Positions 31,801 to 50,915 of a DNA stretch of 64,000 bases are shown in pieces. Under the pieces are notes generated by a model. That model worked only from the letters and a program-made list of their open reading frames with translations, was not told the DNA's origin and searched no databases. The position numbers were made by a program, and so were the translations under genes. The DNA is taken from NCBI RefSeq assembly GCF_009914755.1, contig NC_060936.1; one strand, written 5' to 3'. Within the stretch, counting starts at the first letter, position 1; every line of letters starts with the position of its first letter. Source of the DNA: the human T2T-CHM13v2.0 reference genome, Homo sapiens.

Positions 31801-33641
31801 TAGCTGGGATTACAGGCGTGTGCCACCACACGCAGCTCATTTTTGTCTTTTTAGTAGAGACAGAGTTTCACCATGTTGGCTGGGCTGGTCTCAAACTCTT
31901 GGCCTTGAGTGATCCACCCGCCCTGGCCTCCCAAAGTGCTGGGATTACAGGTGTGATCTGCTGCGCCCTGCCTGATCAATTTTAACTGTAGGAACGAATT
32001 GCACATTTACTTACTGGTAGCTAGTTTTCCTCTTTTAAAACCTTATGTCCGTTATCAGCAATGTTTAGAAAACATTTATACTGACAATCTTCCCATTCTT
32101 AAAGCTATTTTAATATTTCTAGCTTTTCTTCTAGACCTTCTTCATATGTATATTTTAAAGAGCTGTATTCAGTCTACACGAAATTTTGCTCTGCATTTAA
32201 CACATTCCAAATTGTAGATCATGAATATTATTATGTTATTCCTGCCTTGGCAATTATTTTGATGATTACTCAATATTTTATGTGTGGCAATAGCCTTATT
32301 TATGAAACCTTTCCTTTTTTGTTAAATGTTTAGCTTATTTCTACTTTGTTATTATGAATAATAATACCACAGTATAATGTGATATTTAGTACTATAAATA
32401 ACACTTAGCTCTTTTTTCTTCTTAATTATTTTCTTGGATAAAGACTTGGGGAGAAAGACTTAGTTAAATAGCACACACTTTACATGCACTTTGAAACACA
32501 TATCAGTACATTGCTTTCTAGGAGTTTTACTAATTATACCACTCTTGGTATAATATGTGAATGTTGTATAAAGCAGCAGTTTCACTACCATTGTATCGCT
32601 GTTGGGGTGTACAAGTGTTTTGGGGATTTGGGTGGGGGGAAGAATTGATATTAAAAGGGAAGTTGCAGCAGCAGTACAGAAAGTTCACATCTATCCTTCG
32701 CCCGGTTTCACTCGTTAACATTTTTCATATAACTTTGCAACTAAGAGATTAACATGGGCACTTTTCTGTTTGGTAAACTCCAGACTAGATTGAATTTCAT
32801 CTGTTTTTGCACCAATGTCCCTTTCCTGTTGCAGGATTCAGTCCTGGATTCCATATTGCATTAGGGGTCATACAGATTTTAAAGCTTTTTTGCTTTTTAA
32901 AAAATAGACTTTATTTATTAGAGCAGTTTTAGGGTCACAGCAAAATGGAGCGGAAAGAATAGAGAGTTCCCACATACCCCAGGCCCTCATGTGCACACAG
33001 ATGCCCAAGCTTTTTTATTTTACTTATATGAGTGCACTATGAATATGTTCTTAATGTAGAGAGTCAGTCAAGTCAGCCATGTGTTAAGAATAAAAAAGGA
33101 AAAACCCTTTTCCCCATTACCTTCCAACTCTCCTTTCTCAGATGTAACCACTATTAGCAGCTGCCGATGGTGGGGGGCTCTTTTCAGCACTGTCACTGTA
33201 TATACTTTTACATAGACATTCATACAGTTGTTTTATTATTTTTTGCATGACTTCATCCTATACATTATTGCAAATTTGTTAAACTTAATTTGTCTTAGAA
33301 ATCATTGCACGTGAATACTTTTCACATTGTCTTTAAGAATCTCTAGAAGACATGCCTATAAAACAATGCCTTTCAGCTCTTAACAGGATGAAGTAAGTTT
33401 GTCCTTAGATTCCACCCGGGAGAGCTAGCTGAGAAAGTGCAGTAAGTGGAAGAAAAAGACAACCACAGATTAGTGTGTTTTGGTCCCATTTTCATTCAAA
33501 GAAACTTTCTCTGTATGTGTTGCTATATGCATAGAAGAAAGCCAGTTTGGACACCAAACTCTTTAACAGTGCAATATCTTTAGGGGATGTGACTGTGGGA
33601 GATTTTACCATTTCACAGAGTTTGACTTAAAAAAGAGAATA

Positions 33642-33979
33642 TGTTGCAGGTAGTGACTATTGGGCTGGCGGTGCAGCTGGTAAAGGAATTTACCAAGACA
33701 GCTGTAGGTAAAGAAAGGCAGATTTATTGGAGGAAGTATGAAAATATGTTGCAAGATTGCAACAGGCAGCACAGCAGAGAAGGATCTGTCTGCAAAGAGG
33801 CAAGGGCTGGTGGGAGGTTTTATAGGGTGGTGCTGGAGGAGGGGCTGTGAGGTCATTACGTCCTGGGGTTGTTTGTGATTAGCCATCTCTCGAGCAGTTG
33901 TTCATTGTTCTTCCCCACCTGGGGCCGTCCCCCACCTGGGGCCCCTTTCTCCTCGTTACTGTGGAGTCGGGACTCCACA
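33642..33979 (-). mobile_element. Solo ERV LTR (338 bp) with a 5-bp GAATA target-site duplication
   Basis: GAATA|TG...CA|GAATA; tttatt at ~33723 reads AATAAA on the minus strand. Confidence 0.8.
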
Positions 33980-34143
33980 GAATATTATGTCTGTGAGATA
34001 ACAAAAGTAAAAGATCAGCAGAGTCCTGGATGAGTACCCTAAACACATCACTGCGTTTGTTTTATGTTCTCTCCTGAGAACTTCCAGAAGCTTCCAGAGC
34101 TGGTTTCCCCATGAAGATCAGGCTGCTCTGCTTCCCCCGACAG

Positions 34144-34353
34144 GTACAGAGTGAGATCCCAGGCTCGCCCATCTTTCTCATGAAGCTGGCCCAGCACGCC
34201 CGTCACCTGGAAGTTCAGATCCTCGCTGACCAGTATGGGAATGCTGTGTCTCTGTTTGGTCGCGACTGCTCCATCCAGCGGCGGCATCAGAAGATCGTTG
34301 AGGAAGCACCGGCCACCATCGCCCCGCTGGCCATATTCGAGTTCATGGAGCAG
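34144..34353 (+). CDS. ACACB: ACC2 coding exon H (VQSEIPGSP...[17 protein letters not shown]...FMEQ)
   Basis: gacag|GTA...CAG|gtacac; 210 nt; RDCSxQRRHQK motif. Confidence 0.98.
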
Positions 34354-34972
34354 GTACACTTCTCAGAGCCCAGGGGGCAGCTTCAGAGAGAGCCGTCTCA
34401 GCTCAGAGTCAGGAAGAACTTTCTACGGTCAGTGTGGCTGAATGGTGGCATGGGTGCCTAACAAGAGGGATGAGGGCCCATTCCAGAGGTGATTTCAGCA
34501 TCACACAGGTTTATTGGATTAGCCGGTCTGTGAACTCCCCAAATATTTCTTTTCTTTTTTGAGACAGAGTCTCACTGTGTTGCCCACGCTGGAGTGCAGT
34601 GGTGCGATGATAGTTCACAGCAGCCTGTAACTCCTGGGCTCAAGTGATCCTCCCACCTCAGCCTCCCAAGTAGCTGGGACTACAGGAACCTGTCACCATG
34701 TCTGGCTAATTTTAAAAAAAAATTTTTGTAGAGACAGAGTCTTGCTATGTTGCCCAGGCTGGCCTTGAACTTCTGGCCTCAAGTGATCCTCCCGCCTTGG
34801 CCTCCTTAAGCGCTAGGGTGATAGGCATGAGCCACCACACCTGGCCAGTCCCAAAATATTTCACATGTAGCAGGTGCTCAGTCTGCATTTGGTGAAGGAA
34901 CTGATAGTCACCATTTACAGTTCCCTGAAAAGACCTCTGGAACCCCCTTGGCCTCTTTCTGTTTCTTCACAG

Positions 34973-35143
34973 TGTGCCATCCGCCTGGCCAAGACCGTGG
35001 GCTATGTGAGTGCAGGGACAGTGGAATACCTCTATAGTCAGGATGGCAGCTTCCACTTCTTGGAGCTGAATCCTCGCTTGCAGGTGGAACATCCCTGCAC
35101 AGAAATGATTGCTGACGTTAATCTGCCGGCCGCCCAGCTACAG
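34973..35143 (+). CDS. ACACB: ACC2 coding exon I (CAIRLAK...[16 protein letters not shown]...AQLQ)
   Basis: tcacag|TGT...CAG|gtgaga; 171 nt; [12 protein letters not shown] motif. Confidence 0.98.
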
Positions 35144-35624
35144 GTGAGAAAATGGGCTTGGGGCCCTGGGACTTCTCTGCCCTGGGTCAGGGGTCCATGT
35201 GCTGCTCCCATTAGTCCATCCCGCCCATCTCTTGGCCGACTGTCCCAGGGGAATGACTGGCCAAAGAGCACTTTGAGAAATCTGTAAAAGCTATAGTTCT
35301 CCCTGGGAAAATATCTTTTATACAATTTCAGGACATTCATAGACCTAGAGAAATGTTTCTTAACCTTGTTATCATTATCACTCCCTGCAAGGATCCTTTG
35401 GACACATTTTATATCCTAATCCCTGTCTTGTGAAATTTTAATATCACAAATATACCACATACCTGTTTGGATATTGTAGATATATCTGTGCTTTATTCAT
35501 GAAAAGAGTGAGATTTTCTTCACTCCCAAGAACAAATATTTGTCTCTTCAGAGGCAATATCATCCCTGTTAAGAATATGTGATCCAGAGTTGTAACCTCT
35601 TGGGTTAAAGGGAACTCTAAATTT

Positions 35625-38835
<3,211 letters not shown>

Positions 38836-39046
38836 TCTAAATTGTTTTCATTGTTTTCTTCCTTCCTTCCTTCTTTCTTCCCATAATGGGGTCTCATTAC
38901 GTTGCCCAGGCTGGTCTCCCTCCCTTCCTCTTTTTCTTCCTTCAGCAGAATTTTTTAAAAAGTTTTCTTTATTTTTTTTTCAGTTTGAAAGATTTCAAAA
39001 AAGTTGCAAGAATGATACAATTAATACCCATACGCCCTGCATATAG

Positions 39047-39442
<396 letters not shown>

Positions 39443-40637
39443 TGAACCTTCGTAACATATGGCCTCTGAATACTTCATTCTAAAGGCCTCCTAGAACAAG
39501 AGCATTCCGGTCCAATGCCCTAGTGCAATTATGACACTTGAGAAATAGAGCATTGATACCACATCTATATCTAATATATACCATTCACATTAAATATTTT
39601 CCCTGTTGTTCCAATAATGTCTTTTTGTAGCTGTTTTTTGTCTCTTAAATCCAGGATCCAACCCAACCCAGGGTGACACATTCCATTTTATTTTCATGTG
39701 TCTTTAATCTCTTTAATCTGAAAGCATTTCGTAGTCTTTTTTCATCCTTGACATTGGCATTAAAATTTTTTTTTTTTTTTTTGGTGATGGAGTCTCGCTC
39801 TGTCACTCAGGCTGGAATGCAGTGGTGCAATCACGACTCACTACAGATTCAACCTCCCAGGCTCAAGTGATCCTCCCACCTCAGCCTCCTGAGTAGCTGG
39901 GACCACAGGTGCAAGTCACCATGCCTGGCTAATGTTTTTTTAATTTTTTCTGTAGAGATCGGGTCTCATTATGTTGCCCAGGCTGGTCTCCAACTCCTAG
40001 GCTCAAGCGATCTGCCTGCTTCAGCCTCCCAAAGTTCTGGGATTACAGGCATGGACACTGGCATTTTTGAGGAGCTCAGGCAGAATGTCCCTCATTGGAT
40101 TTCTCTGATTGTTTCTTCCTGGTTCGATTCCTGCTACACATTTTGGCAGAATACTACACAGGTGTTGTGTCCTTAATACATCTCATCATGAAGCCTGTTA
40201 AATCTGATCATTTGGTTAAGCTGGTTCCATAATTGTCTACTTTTTACCCATTCTTCATGTCCAGTTTCCCCTTCGGGTGCCCTTTACAAAAACTTCCTTT
40301 AACTCTGCAGCCAACATGGTTGCTTCTCACCTTCCCTAGCTCTAAAAGTCTAGTGCTTTTACTTGATGCATGTATTTTCTTGTTGTGTGATGTTGTTTCA
40401 TAAATATTTTTCCTTTTCCCAACTGTACTATTTGCTCCACTGTGAAAAGTTCATGTCTTATGGCTTTTTCTTTCTTTGGCTCTCTGGCCACAGTAGAGCA
40501 CCATGTTGTCTATAGAGTAGTGTCTGTATATCCTAAATCATTGACTGAACCTCCGTTGCATCTACCACTGTGCCTGGTGTTTTGGGGCCGTGTTCTGGTA
40601 GGACTGACAGTCTGTGGGTTGGATCTCTTGATTTTAG

Positions 40638-41506
<869 letters not shown>

Positions 41507-42109
41507 TAGAACCCTAGTCCTTGGATTTCTGGCCCCGTGTGCTTTTTGCCACAGTATGAAGTCTGGCTCATTGTAGAGAGTCCCTTTGTGACTTGGCCTT
41601 ACTTGGGTCTTAAAAAACAAACCAACTGGCATCCCTTACAGTTTACATGCATACCGACCGTTGATTGTCACAGGACTCATCAATCTACTACAACTTAATT
41701 GCTTAATTATTACCCTCAGGAAACTGGGGGTAAGAGAGGGTACACCTCCACCCCTTTTAATTAAATAATTTTAAGCTAGGGTAGCTGTATTCATTTAGGG
41801 TTCTTGGCTGTGAACCAAACACCAACTCTGGTGGACAAGCAAAAGGGGAATTTTTTGGAGGGATGATGGCTCGTTCCCAGGTTCCTAGGAGGATGGAGGA
41901 CCAGGTATGGTAACAGCCCAGGCACTTGGGTCGCTCCATCTCTCACTTCTACATACCTCTCCCCAAATCCTTCATCCCTTAGTTCAGGAGCCCTAATCCC
42001 AGTGAGAGGTGCCATGTCCACCCACTCTTACCAAAATTGTACTTAGAGGGAGACGGGCCGTTCTCCCAGAGGGAATCAGGTGTGTGTTGGCAGCAGCCTG
42101 GCCGATGGG

Positions 42110-42248
42110 GTGAGGAAAAGGGGGATGGAGGGAGGGAGGGAGGAAGGGGTAGGAAAGGAAGGAGGGAAGAGGGGAGTGAGGAAGGACGAAGGGAGAGAGG
42201 GAAGGAGGGAGGGAAGGAGGAAGGAAGGAGAGAAGAAAGGAAGGAAAT
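42110..42248. repeat. GA-rich polypurine low-complexity tract
   Basis: ggagggagggaggaaggggtaggaaaggaagg... Confidence 0.9.
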
Positions 42249-42491
42249 ACCAACGAAATGGCCTCTTCCCTAGCAGCAAGGGCCCTGCCCAGGATGCCCT
42301 GGATTTCTTCACCTGCAGAGGTTTTCATTATCCAGAATTGGAAATCTAACCTGTCTTCACTTCTATTTAAACTTTTTATTTTCGAAATGTCAAGCATATA
42401 AAGTCAGAATGTCCCTTCACTCAGCTCCATCAATCATCAATGTTCGCCCATTTAACACCTGCACTACCATCTCTGTCCCAACTCGCTTATT

Positions 42492-42534
<43 letters not shown>

Positions 42535-43057
42535 TTTGAGACAGGTTCTTGCTCTGTCACCCAGGCGGGAGTGCAGTGGCGTAGTCATGCCTCACTGCAG
42601 CCTAATCTCCTGGGCTCAAGAGATCCTTCTGCCTCAGCCCCACAAGTAGCTGGGACTACAGGTGTGTGCCACCACACCTGGCTAATATTTTAATTTTTTG
42701 TAGAGATGGGGTCTCCTGATGTTACTCTGGCTGGTTTTGAACTCCTGGGCTCAAGTGATCCTCCTACCTCTGCCTCCCAAAGTGCTGGGATTACAGACAT
42801 GAGCCACTGCGACTGAACCAACTTCGTTATTTTTTTACAGTTAAAAAAAATAAGAATTATAGGCATTGAGGAGCTCATATGGGTACACCCATGAATAGAT
42901 ACATCCATACCTGTAACAAGCGATATCAGTGTTCTATTGACTACCCTAAGCTTTTGGTCAGCGTAGGGGTTCTTGGGTTTTCCCAGGACTGAATTCTGAT
43001 GAAAATATATCTGGAGTAATGATTTCTTCCATTTTGCATTTTCTGTCCGGACTCCAG

Positions 43058-43221
43058 GGTTTTAAGCCGAGCTCCGGGACTGTCCAGGAACTGAATTTCC
43101 GGAGCAGCAAGAACGTGTGGGGTTACTTCAGCGTGGCCGCTACTGGAGGCCTGCACGAGTTTGCGGATTCCCAATTTGGGCACTGCTTCTCCTGGGGAGA
43201 GAACCGGGAAGAGGCCATTTC
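43058..43221 (+). CDS. ACACB: ACC2 coding exon K ([14 protein letters not shown]...[10 protein letters not shown]...EEAI-S)
   Basis: ctccag|GGT...TTC|gtcagt; 164 nt, phase 0 to 2. Confidence 0.95.
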
Positions 43222-43228
43222 GTCAGTA

Positions 43229-43635
43229 TCTCCTTCCTTCCTTCCTTCCTTCCTTCCTTCCTTCCTTCCTTCCTTCCTTCCTTCCTTCCCTCTCTCCCTT
43301 CTTCCCCTCTTCCTTCCCTCTTTCTCCTCCCTTCCTTTCTTCTTCCCTCCCTCTCAGCCTTTCTCCTTTTTTCCTTCCTTCCCTTCCATTGCCTTCCTGC
43401 CTTCCTTTCTTCCTTCCTTCCTCCCCTCTTCTGCCCTCCCCTCCCCTTCCATCCCTTCCCCTCCCTTCCTTCCTCCCGTCCTTCCTCCTCCCCTTCCCTT
43501 CTTTCCTCCCTTCCTCCCTCCTTCCTTCTTTTCCTGACTTCTCTGCTTTCCTCCCCCTCCCTTTCTTCCTCCTTCTTTCCTTCCTTCCTTCTTTCCCTCC
43601 CTTCCCACTTCCTCCTTTTCCCAATTCCTTCCTTT
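43229..43635. repeat. (CCTT)n / CT-rich polypyrimidine tract, ~400 bp
   Basis: Begins with a perfect (tcct)n run 8 nt after exon K, then degenerates. Confidence 0.95.
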
Positions 43636-44822
43636 AAGAAATGAAACGGTCCCCTGGGGCTTCAGATACAGTAGCATTTCAGGAGACCAAGAAAAGTAAA
43701 TCACAGGGTAGGCCCCATTTTAAATACCCTGTGCTTGAAGTTCAAGATCAAAGCCTGCCCTTTTTTTCCTTTATTGAAGATCCACAAAGTAAAATAAGTG
43801 CACCAAGGTCATTTGGTCTTGAGCTTATAAGAGTTCTAGCTTGAAGGAGATCTAAAGATTGTTCTAGGAGATACCCAAAGTGTAAAAGGTGCTAAGTACC
43901 ATAGCTGAAGAAAGGGGGAGGGAAACTCCTTTACATTTAAACCTTATCAGTAGTTCCCTAATGGGTTGTATTTCACACCGAAGACTAAATTTTAAGGAGT
44001 GTGTCCTGCTGTGAACCACCCACCACCCTGAGGCCTGTGACAGCAGCCCCATGTCCCCAGCTCAGCCAAGTCCTCCCATACTTGTGATAGTTTCTGCAGA
44101 GCTGAGAAGCCCACATTGACAGAGGGACCCCCAAATTCTGACACACCATCTCCGACACTTCTCCTGGCTTGACATGGGTGTGGAAAGGTATAAAACTAGT
44201 TTACTTTGTAATTAAATGTTTTTGTGTGGGTAACTGCCCTTCGGAGTGAAAAAATCCCAAAGGCCTTAGCATTAAAATCTGACGTGGGGCACTTAGCCAC
44301 GAATTAAATTGAGTTGGGCAGTTTTGATGATCAGGTTTTCTTTGCCAGCTTAGAATAATTAATTTTAATCATGCTTAGTGAAAAATCAAGATCCTTGAAG
44401 TTTATGGAAGATTGCAGCAAAAAGGGCTTACTTAATAGGAGTAGGCGGAAGACAGGTCAGCCAGCCCAGACCCCTCCGAGTGAAGTGACCTGTGGCTTGT
44501 CACATGCTACGAGTGGACCAACCGCAACTTCAACAGAACTCACAGGCAGAAATTCCAGCTTTTCTTATTGCTGTTAGTGAGAGTCCAGTAGGGGGATCAA
44601 CTGTCCTCGTTTTCCTGGCACCGGTTTCTCAGGTTGAAGGACTTCTCAGTGCTAAAATGGGGACCGCCCCAAGGAAACTGGGACAAGTCACTCACCCGTG
44701 AGACCAGCGGGTTAACTCTCATACCCAGCTTCCAGACCCACAGCTGACTTTTCATGGCCTATGGATACCCTTGTATGACCTTACTGGGTCTTCATTTTCT
44801 CACCCCCAAAATGGGGTCATCA

Positions 44823-45249
<427 letters not shown>

Positions 45250-45701
45250 TCATAGGGCTCAGCTTCCCGAGTAGCTGGGACTATAGGCGCGTCCCACCAC
45301 GCCCGGCTAGTTTTGTATTTTTAGTAGAGACGGGATTTCTCCATGTTGGTCAGGCTGGTCTCGAACTCCTGACCTCAAGTGATCCACCCGCCTTGGCCTC
45401 ACAAAGTGTTGGGATTACAGGCGTGAGCCACTGCACCTGGCCTGAGGTTTAGCTATTTGAACTGGTGCTCTTGGAGATTTGGAGTCTGTGTGTTGGGGAG
45501 AGGCAGCCATGGGGCCCACCAGGCCCCTGAGCCGGGTGACAGTGCCGTCCATCTGCAGGTGCACCCCACACACACCAGGCAGAGCAGCTGTGTGGAAGGT
45601 GAGAGGGTGGCACCAGCTCTGGGGACAGGAGATTTGAATAGGTCAAGGGAGAGACAGAGGCGGTGACCGATTTTCCCTTTGTTTTTTTTTTCTTCTTTTA
45701 A

Positions 45702-45962
<261 letters not shown>

Positions 45963-46669
45963 TGAACCACCATGCCTGGCTGGTTCTTTCTCTACTAATC
46001 ATTAACTATTATAGTCAATAATTATAACAATAATAACTAATCACGTTCATTGTAGTTAACATTTATTGATCAGTGACCATGTGCATTACATGGATTGTCT
46101 CATTTCAATTCTCGAACACCCTCATGAAGTCAGGGCTATTTCCCCATTTTCCATATGAGGAAACTGAGGCCCAGAGTTCTCAAGTCACTTGGCCAAGATT
46201 AGCCAGGCAGTAAACCCTGGTGCTGATTCAATGCACTGGCTGTGTCAGTCAGAGCCCTCTCTTAACTCTTCTTTTTTTTTTTTTTTTGGAGACAGAGTCT
46301 TGCTCTGTCGCCCAGCCTGGAGTGCAGTGGTGTGATCTCAGCTCCCTGCAACCTCTGCCTCCCAGATTCAAGTGATTCTCCTGCCTCAGCCTCCTGAGTA
46401 GCTGAGATTACAGGCGTCCTCCACCATGCTGAGCTAAGTTTTGTATTTTTGGTAGAGATGGGGTTTCGCCATGTTGGCCAGGCTGGTCTTGAACTCCTGA
46501 CCTCAAGTAATACACCTACCTCAGCCTCCCAAAGTGCTGGGATTACAGGCGTGAGCCACCACACCCGGCCACTCCTGTGCTTTTCCAGTTCTCTGAATCA
46601 CATCATTGCAGCAACTCTGTTGATGTATGCATGAATTTGGAAAATGATCCATGTGCCTTTCCCTTCAAG

Positions 46670-46820
46670 GAACATGGTGGTGGCTTTGAAGGAACTGTCC
46701 ATCCGAGGTGACTTTAGGACTACCGTGGAATACCTCATTAACCTCCTGGAGACCGAGAGCTTCCAGAACAACGACATCGACACCGGGTGGTTGGACTACC
46801 TCATTGCTGAGAAAGTGCAG
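46670..46820 (+). CDS. ACACB: ACC2 coding exon L ([21 protein letters not shown]...TGWLD...EKVQ)
   Basis: cttcaag|G AAC...CAG|gtaggg; 151 nt; AAG acceptor. Confidence 0.96.
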
Positions 46821-46903
46821 GTAGGGAGTGAGCTGCCTGTGTCTCCCCTCTGGATGGCCGAGACCTCGGCTTCCTGAGGATACTGAAGTGCATTTTCTCC
46901 TAG

Positions 46904-47007
46904 GCGGAGAAACCGGATATCATGCTTGGGGTGGTATGCGGGGCCTTGAACGTGGCCGATGCGATGTTCAGAACGTGCATGACAGATTTCTTACACTCCC
47001 TGGAAAG
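46904..47007 (+). CDS. ACACB: ACC2 coding exon M ([15 protein letters not shown]...HSLE-R)
   Basis: cctag|GCG...AAG|gtaggg; 104 nt; follows an 83-nt intron. Confidence 0.96.
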
Positions 47008-47439
47008 GTAGGGGCTGTGGCAGTTCCCTTCTGCTTTTGTGATATGTGTTAGCGGCTTAGGAGGCTGAATCTGTCTCCTTTATTTGTGTGGCCAGTTAGT
47101 CACCAGGCAATTGGTGAGTCTCTCCTCCGGTCTTGCCTCTGGGAAATTCCTCTACAGATCAACCTAGGCTACCCTTGAAGAGGCTGTGGGTTAGGGAATG
47201 GGATTCTCGAGGCCAGGGTGGCAGTCAGTGAACAGGCTGTTGTGTATGGATCCATGCTGACTTGTGTAAGGTACATCATAATAGTCAGGAGTTCTGAGTT
47301 CAAGGAGGTGGATTTGGGAAGCAAAGCGGCTTAAAGGTCATCTCTACAAGCGGGTGCATTCCCAGACCCTCACCAGAATCAGAGGGTCATCATGAAATGG
47401 ACCAGAATGGAAAGCAACCAGGCGATCTCTGTTAGGATA

Positions 47440-47668
47440 GGCCGGGGTTTCTCAGCCTCAGCACCATTAACATTTTGTGCTGGATGCTTTTTTTTTGTTT
47501 GGGAACCTGTCCCGTGCATCATAGGATGTTAGCAGCATTCCTGGCCTCTACCCACTAAATGCCAGGAGCAGCCCTTCCCTCTGAGTCATGACAATCAAAT
47601 ATATCTCCAGACATTGCCCAATGTCCCAGGGTTAGGAGTAGAATAATCACCCCCAGTTGAGAACTGCT
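47440..47668. mobile_element. MER20
   Basis: ggggtttctcagcctcagcacc...cccccagttgagaactgctg. Confidence 0.8.
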
Positions 47669-47710
47669 GCAAGAGGCAAAGGAACTATCAAAAAGAAAAT
47701 AAAAGGATAA

Positions 47711-48019
<309 letters not shown>

Positions 48020-48300
48020 TAAGAAATGTTTTTAGTGTTTGGTTATGCTTTTGAACGGTAGTAGAATCACAGTCCCTGCTCTGGTTTCTTTCATAAGCCG
48101 AAGGCAGGATCCCATATGTGAAATTTTTCCAAGAGACCGTTATGGATTTTGCTCCTGAAAAGCCTTTGTAAGATTTCAAATCCCTCAGCAAGTGCTGATT
48201 CCTTAAGTTCTAAGCAATATCAGGCTGCTCAGGGTGATTCAGGTTCTGTGCGTGACTTTTAATCAGATTTAGCCTTTTTTTTTTTTTTTTTGAGACATAG

Positions 48301-48510
<210 letters not shown>

Positions 48511-48703
48511 TGATGTGCCTGCCTCAGCCTCCCAAGGTGCAGGGATTACAGGCGTGAGCCATTGCGCCCAGCCCAGGCTTAGCATTTTTAGTGCAGTCAG
48601 GTTTGCTGATGCAGAGAGTTGCGTAATTTTTTTAAATGCAAGGGATGGCTGTGGAGTTCTCAGTCCCTCCCAAGGCTGACCACAACCCTGTCTTTTCTTT
48701 CAG

Positions 48704-48785
48704 GGGCCAGGTCCTCCCAGCGGATTCACTACTGAACCTCGTAGATGTGGAATTAATTTACGGAGGTGTTAAGTACATTCTCAAG
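48704..48785 (+). CDS. ACACB: ACC2 coding exon N ([27 protein letters not shown])
   Basis: tttcag|G...AAG|gtaaat; 82 nt. Confidence 0.96.
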
Positions 48786-49004
48786 GTAAATGCCCCCGTG
48801 CCTCTCCGATGTCTCCAACACTCTGCAAGCTTCAGGGAGTTTCTTTCTTCCATGAACCATCCCTGGAGTGGATTTGCTCATGCTTGGGTTTGAGCTCTTG
48901 TGTTCCTCGGGAATCCCCATGTAGTCCGTGACCTTGACACCTAAACACTTTGGCTTTTAGAACATGTAGGGCTGTGCATTCTGCAGAGGGCACAATGGAG
49001 CGTG

Positions 49005-49799
<795 letters not shown>

Positions 49800-50714
49800 G
49801 AATGTGAGCTGGGCCTTTGCTGAGACAGAATAGTGGGCCCGGGTCTGTTTCCAGGGGCTCTGAGGCTGGTTTTGTTCTCTGTCTCTGCACCACGTGTAGA
49901 TTTCTGGCGTCTTCCCTGGTTTACTACTGGAGTCCCTGGGGCTTATTCCGGTTGCTCTCCTCTGTCAGAAGTGCCTAGTTGCCCTTTGTGGGCCATCCAA
50001 GGTCAATTCAACAGTGTCAGAAATGTCTCTGAGATGCACAGGTAGGGGGTGAGGCTTGGTGTCCTAGCCATGGTGTTCTGGGCCCAGGGTCCTTGTTGGG
50101 GTGAGCCGGCTGTGGCATCAGTGCCCCGGGTTCCAATGCAATGGCAGGAGGCTGTGTCCCCTGTAAGCCCAGGCCTGCCCAGTACTTCCCAGCCTCACAT
50201 TGTCAGGAGGGAAAAGAGGACAGAGTTTGAGTCTGCTTATGAGACAGAATTTTTGTTTTCTTTAATTAGTACTTTCTATTTAATATTGATGAGCATGAGT
50301 AGAACTCACAACTTTGGAGATTTGGGGGCTTTAGTTCAACTAAACCTGTGTGTCATTGATCAGGGTATGCTTTCACAATCATCCTCCTTTGCCCCTAATG
50401 CCTCTTGGCTACCTTTGGGGACCTAGCTGCCCCCAACTTGATTTTAAATGTCACATATGCACAATGCAGAAAATTTCAAAATTTCAAGCGAGCATAAAAA
50501 ATCAGGAAAACAAATCCATCATGTGCTAATGCCTAGAGGTAATCCTGGTAAACATTTTAGCAAATCTTTGTTATATATTTTTTTCCTTTTGCATTAATTT
50601 TACAAAGTTGAGATCATGGTGCAAATGCAGTTTTACAGCTTTGATATGATCATGGCATAAAGTTTTCCATGTTATTAACAAGTTTTTTTTTTAACACGAG
50701 TCTAAACTCATGTC

Positions 50715-50915
50715 TGTGGCACTGTCTCCCTGAACTTTTAATAGTGATGGGAACATTCCCTATCTTCTGTGTCCAAGATGCTGCCCTTATGTGGTGACTG
50801 AGAGCTTGAAAGTGGCCAGTGTGACTGAGGAACTGAATTTTACATTTTATTTCATTTTGATCAATTTAAATAGCTGTGTGTGGTTAGGGGTCACCGTATC
50901 AGACAGGGCAGATCT
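50715..50915. mobile_element. MER3-like DNA transposon
   Basis: gatgggaacattc...gtggccagtgtgactgaggaactgaattt... Confidence 0.6.

Noticed and set aside
43226-43235. GTATCTCC as a possible U12-type donor for exon K
   Set aside because: Does not match GTATCCTT, adds 4 nt and frameshifts against the 46670 acceptor; no clear U12 branch point; GT at 43222 restores EEAISNMVV
43019-43704. Long Pro/Ser/Phe/Leu-rich and Gly/Arg/Lys/Glu-rich ORFs on both strands
   Set aside because: Stop-free only because of the (CCTT)n low-complexity tract; only 43058-43221 is a real exon
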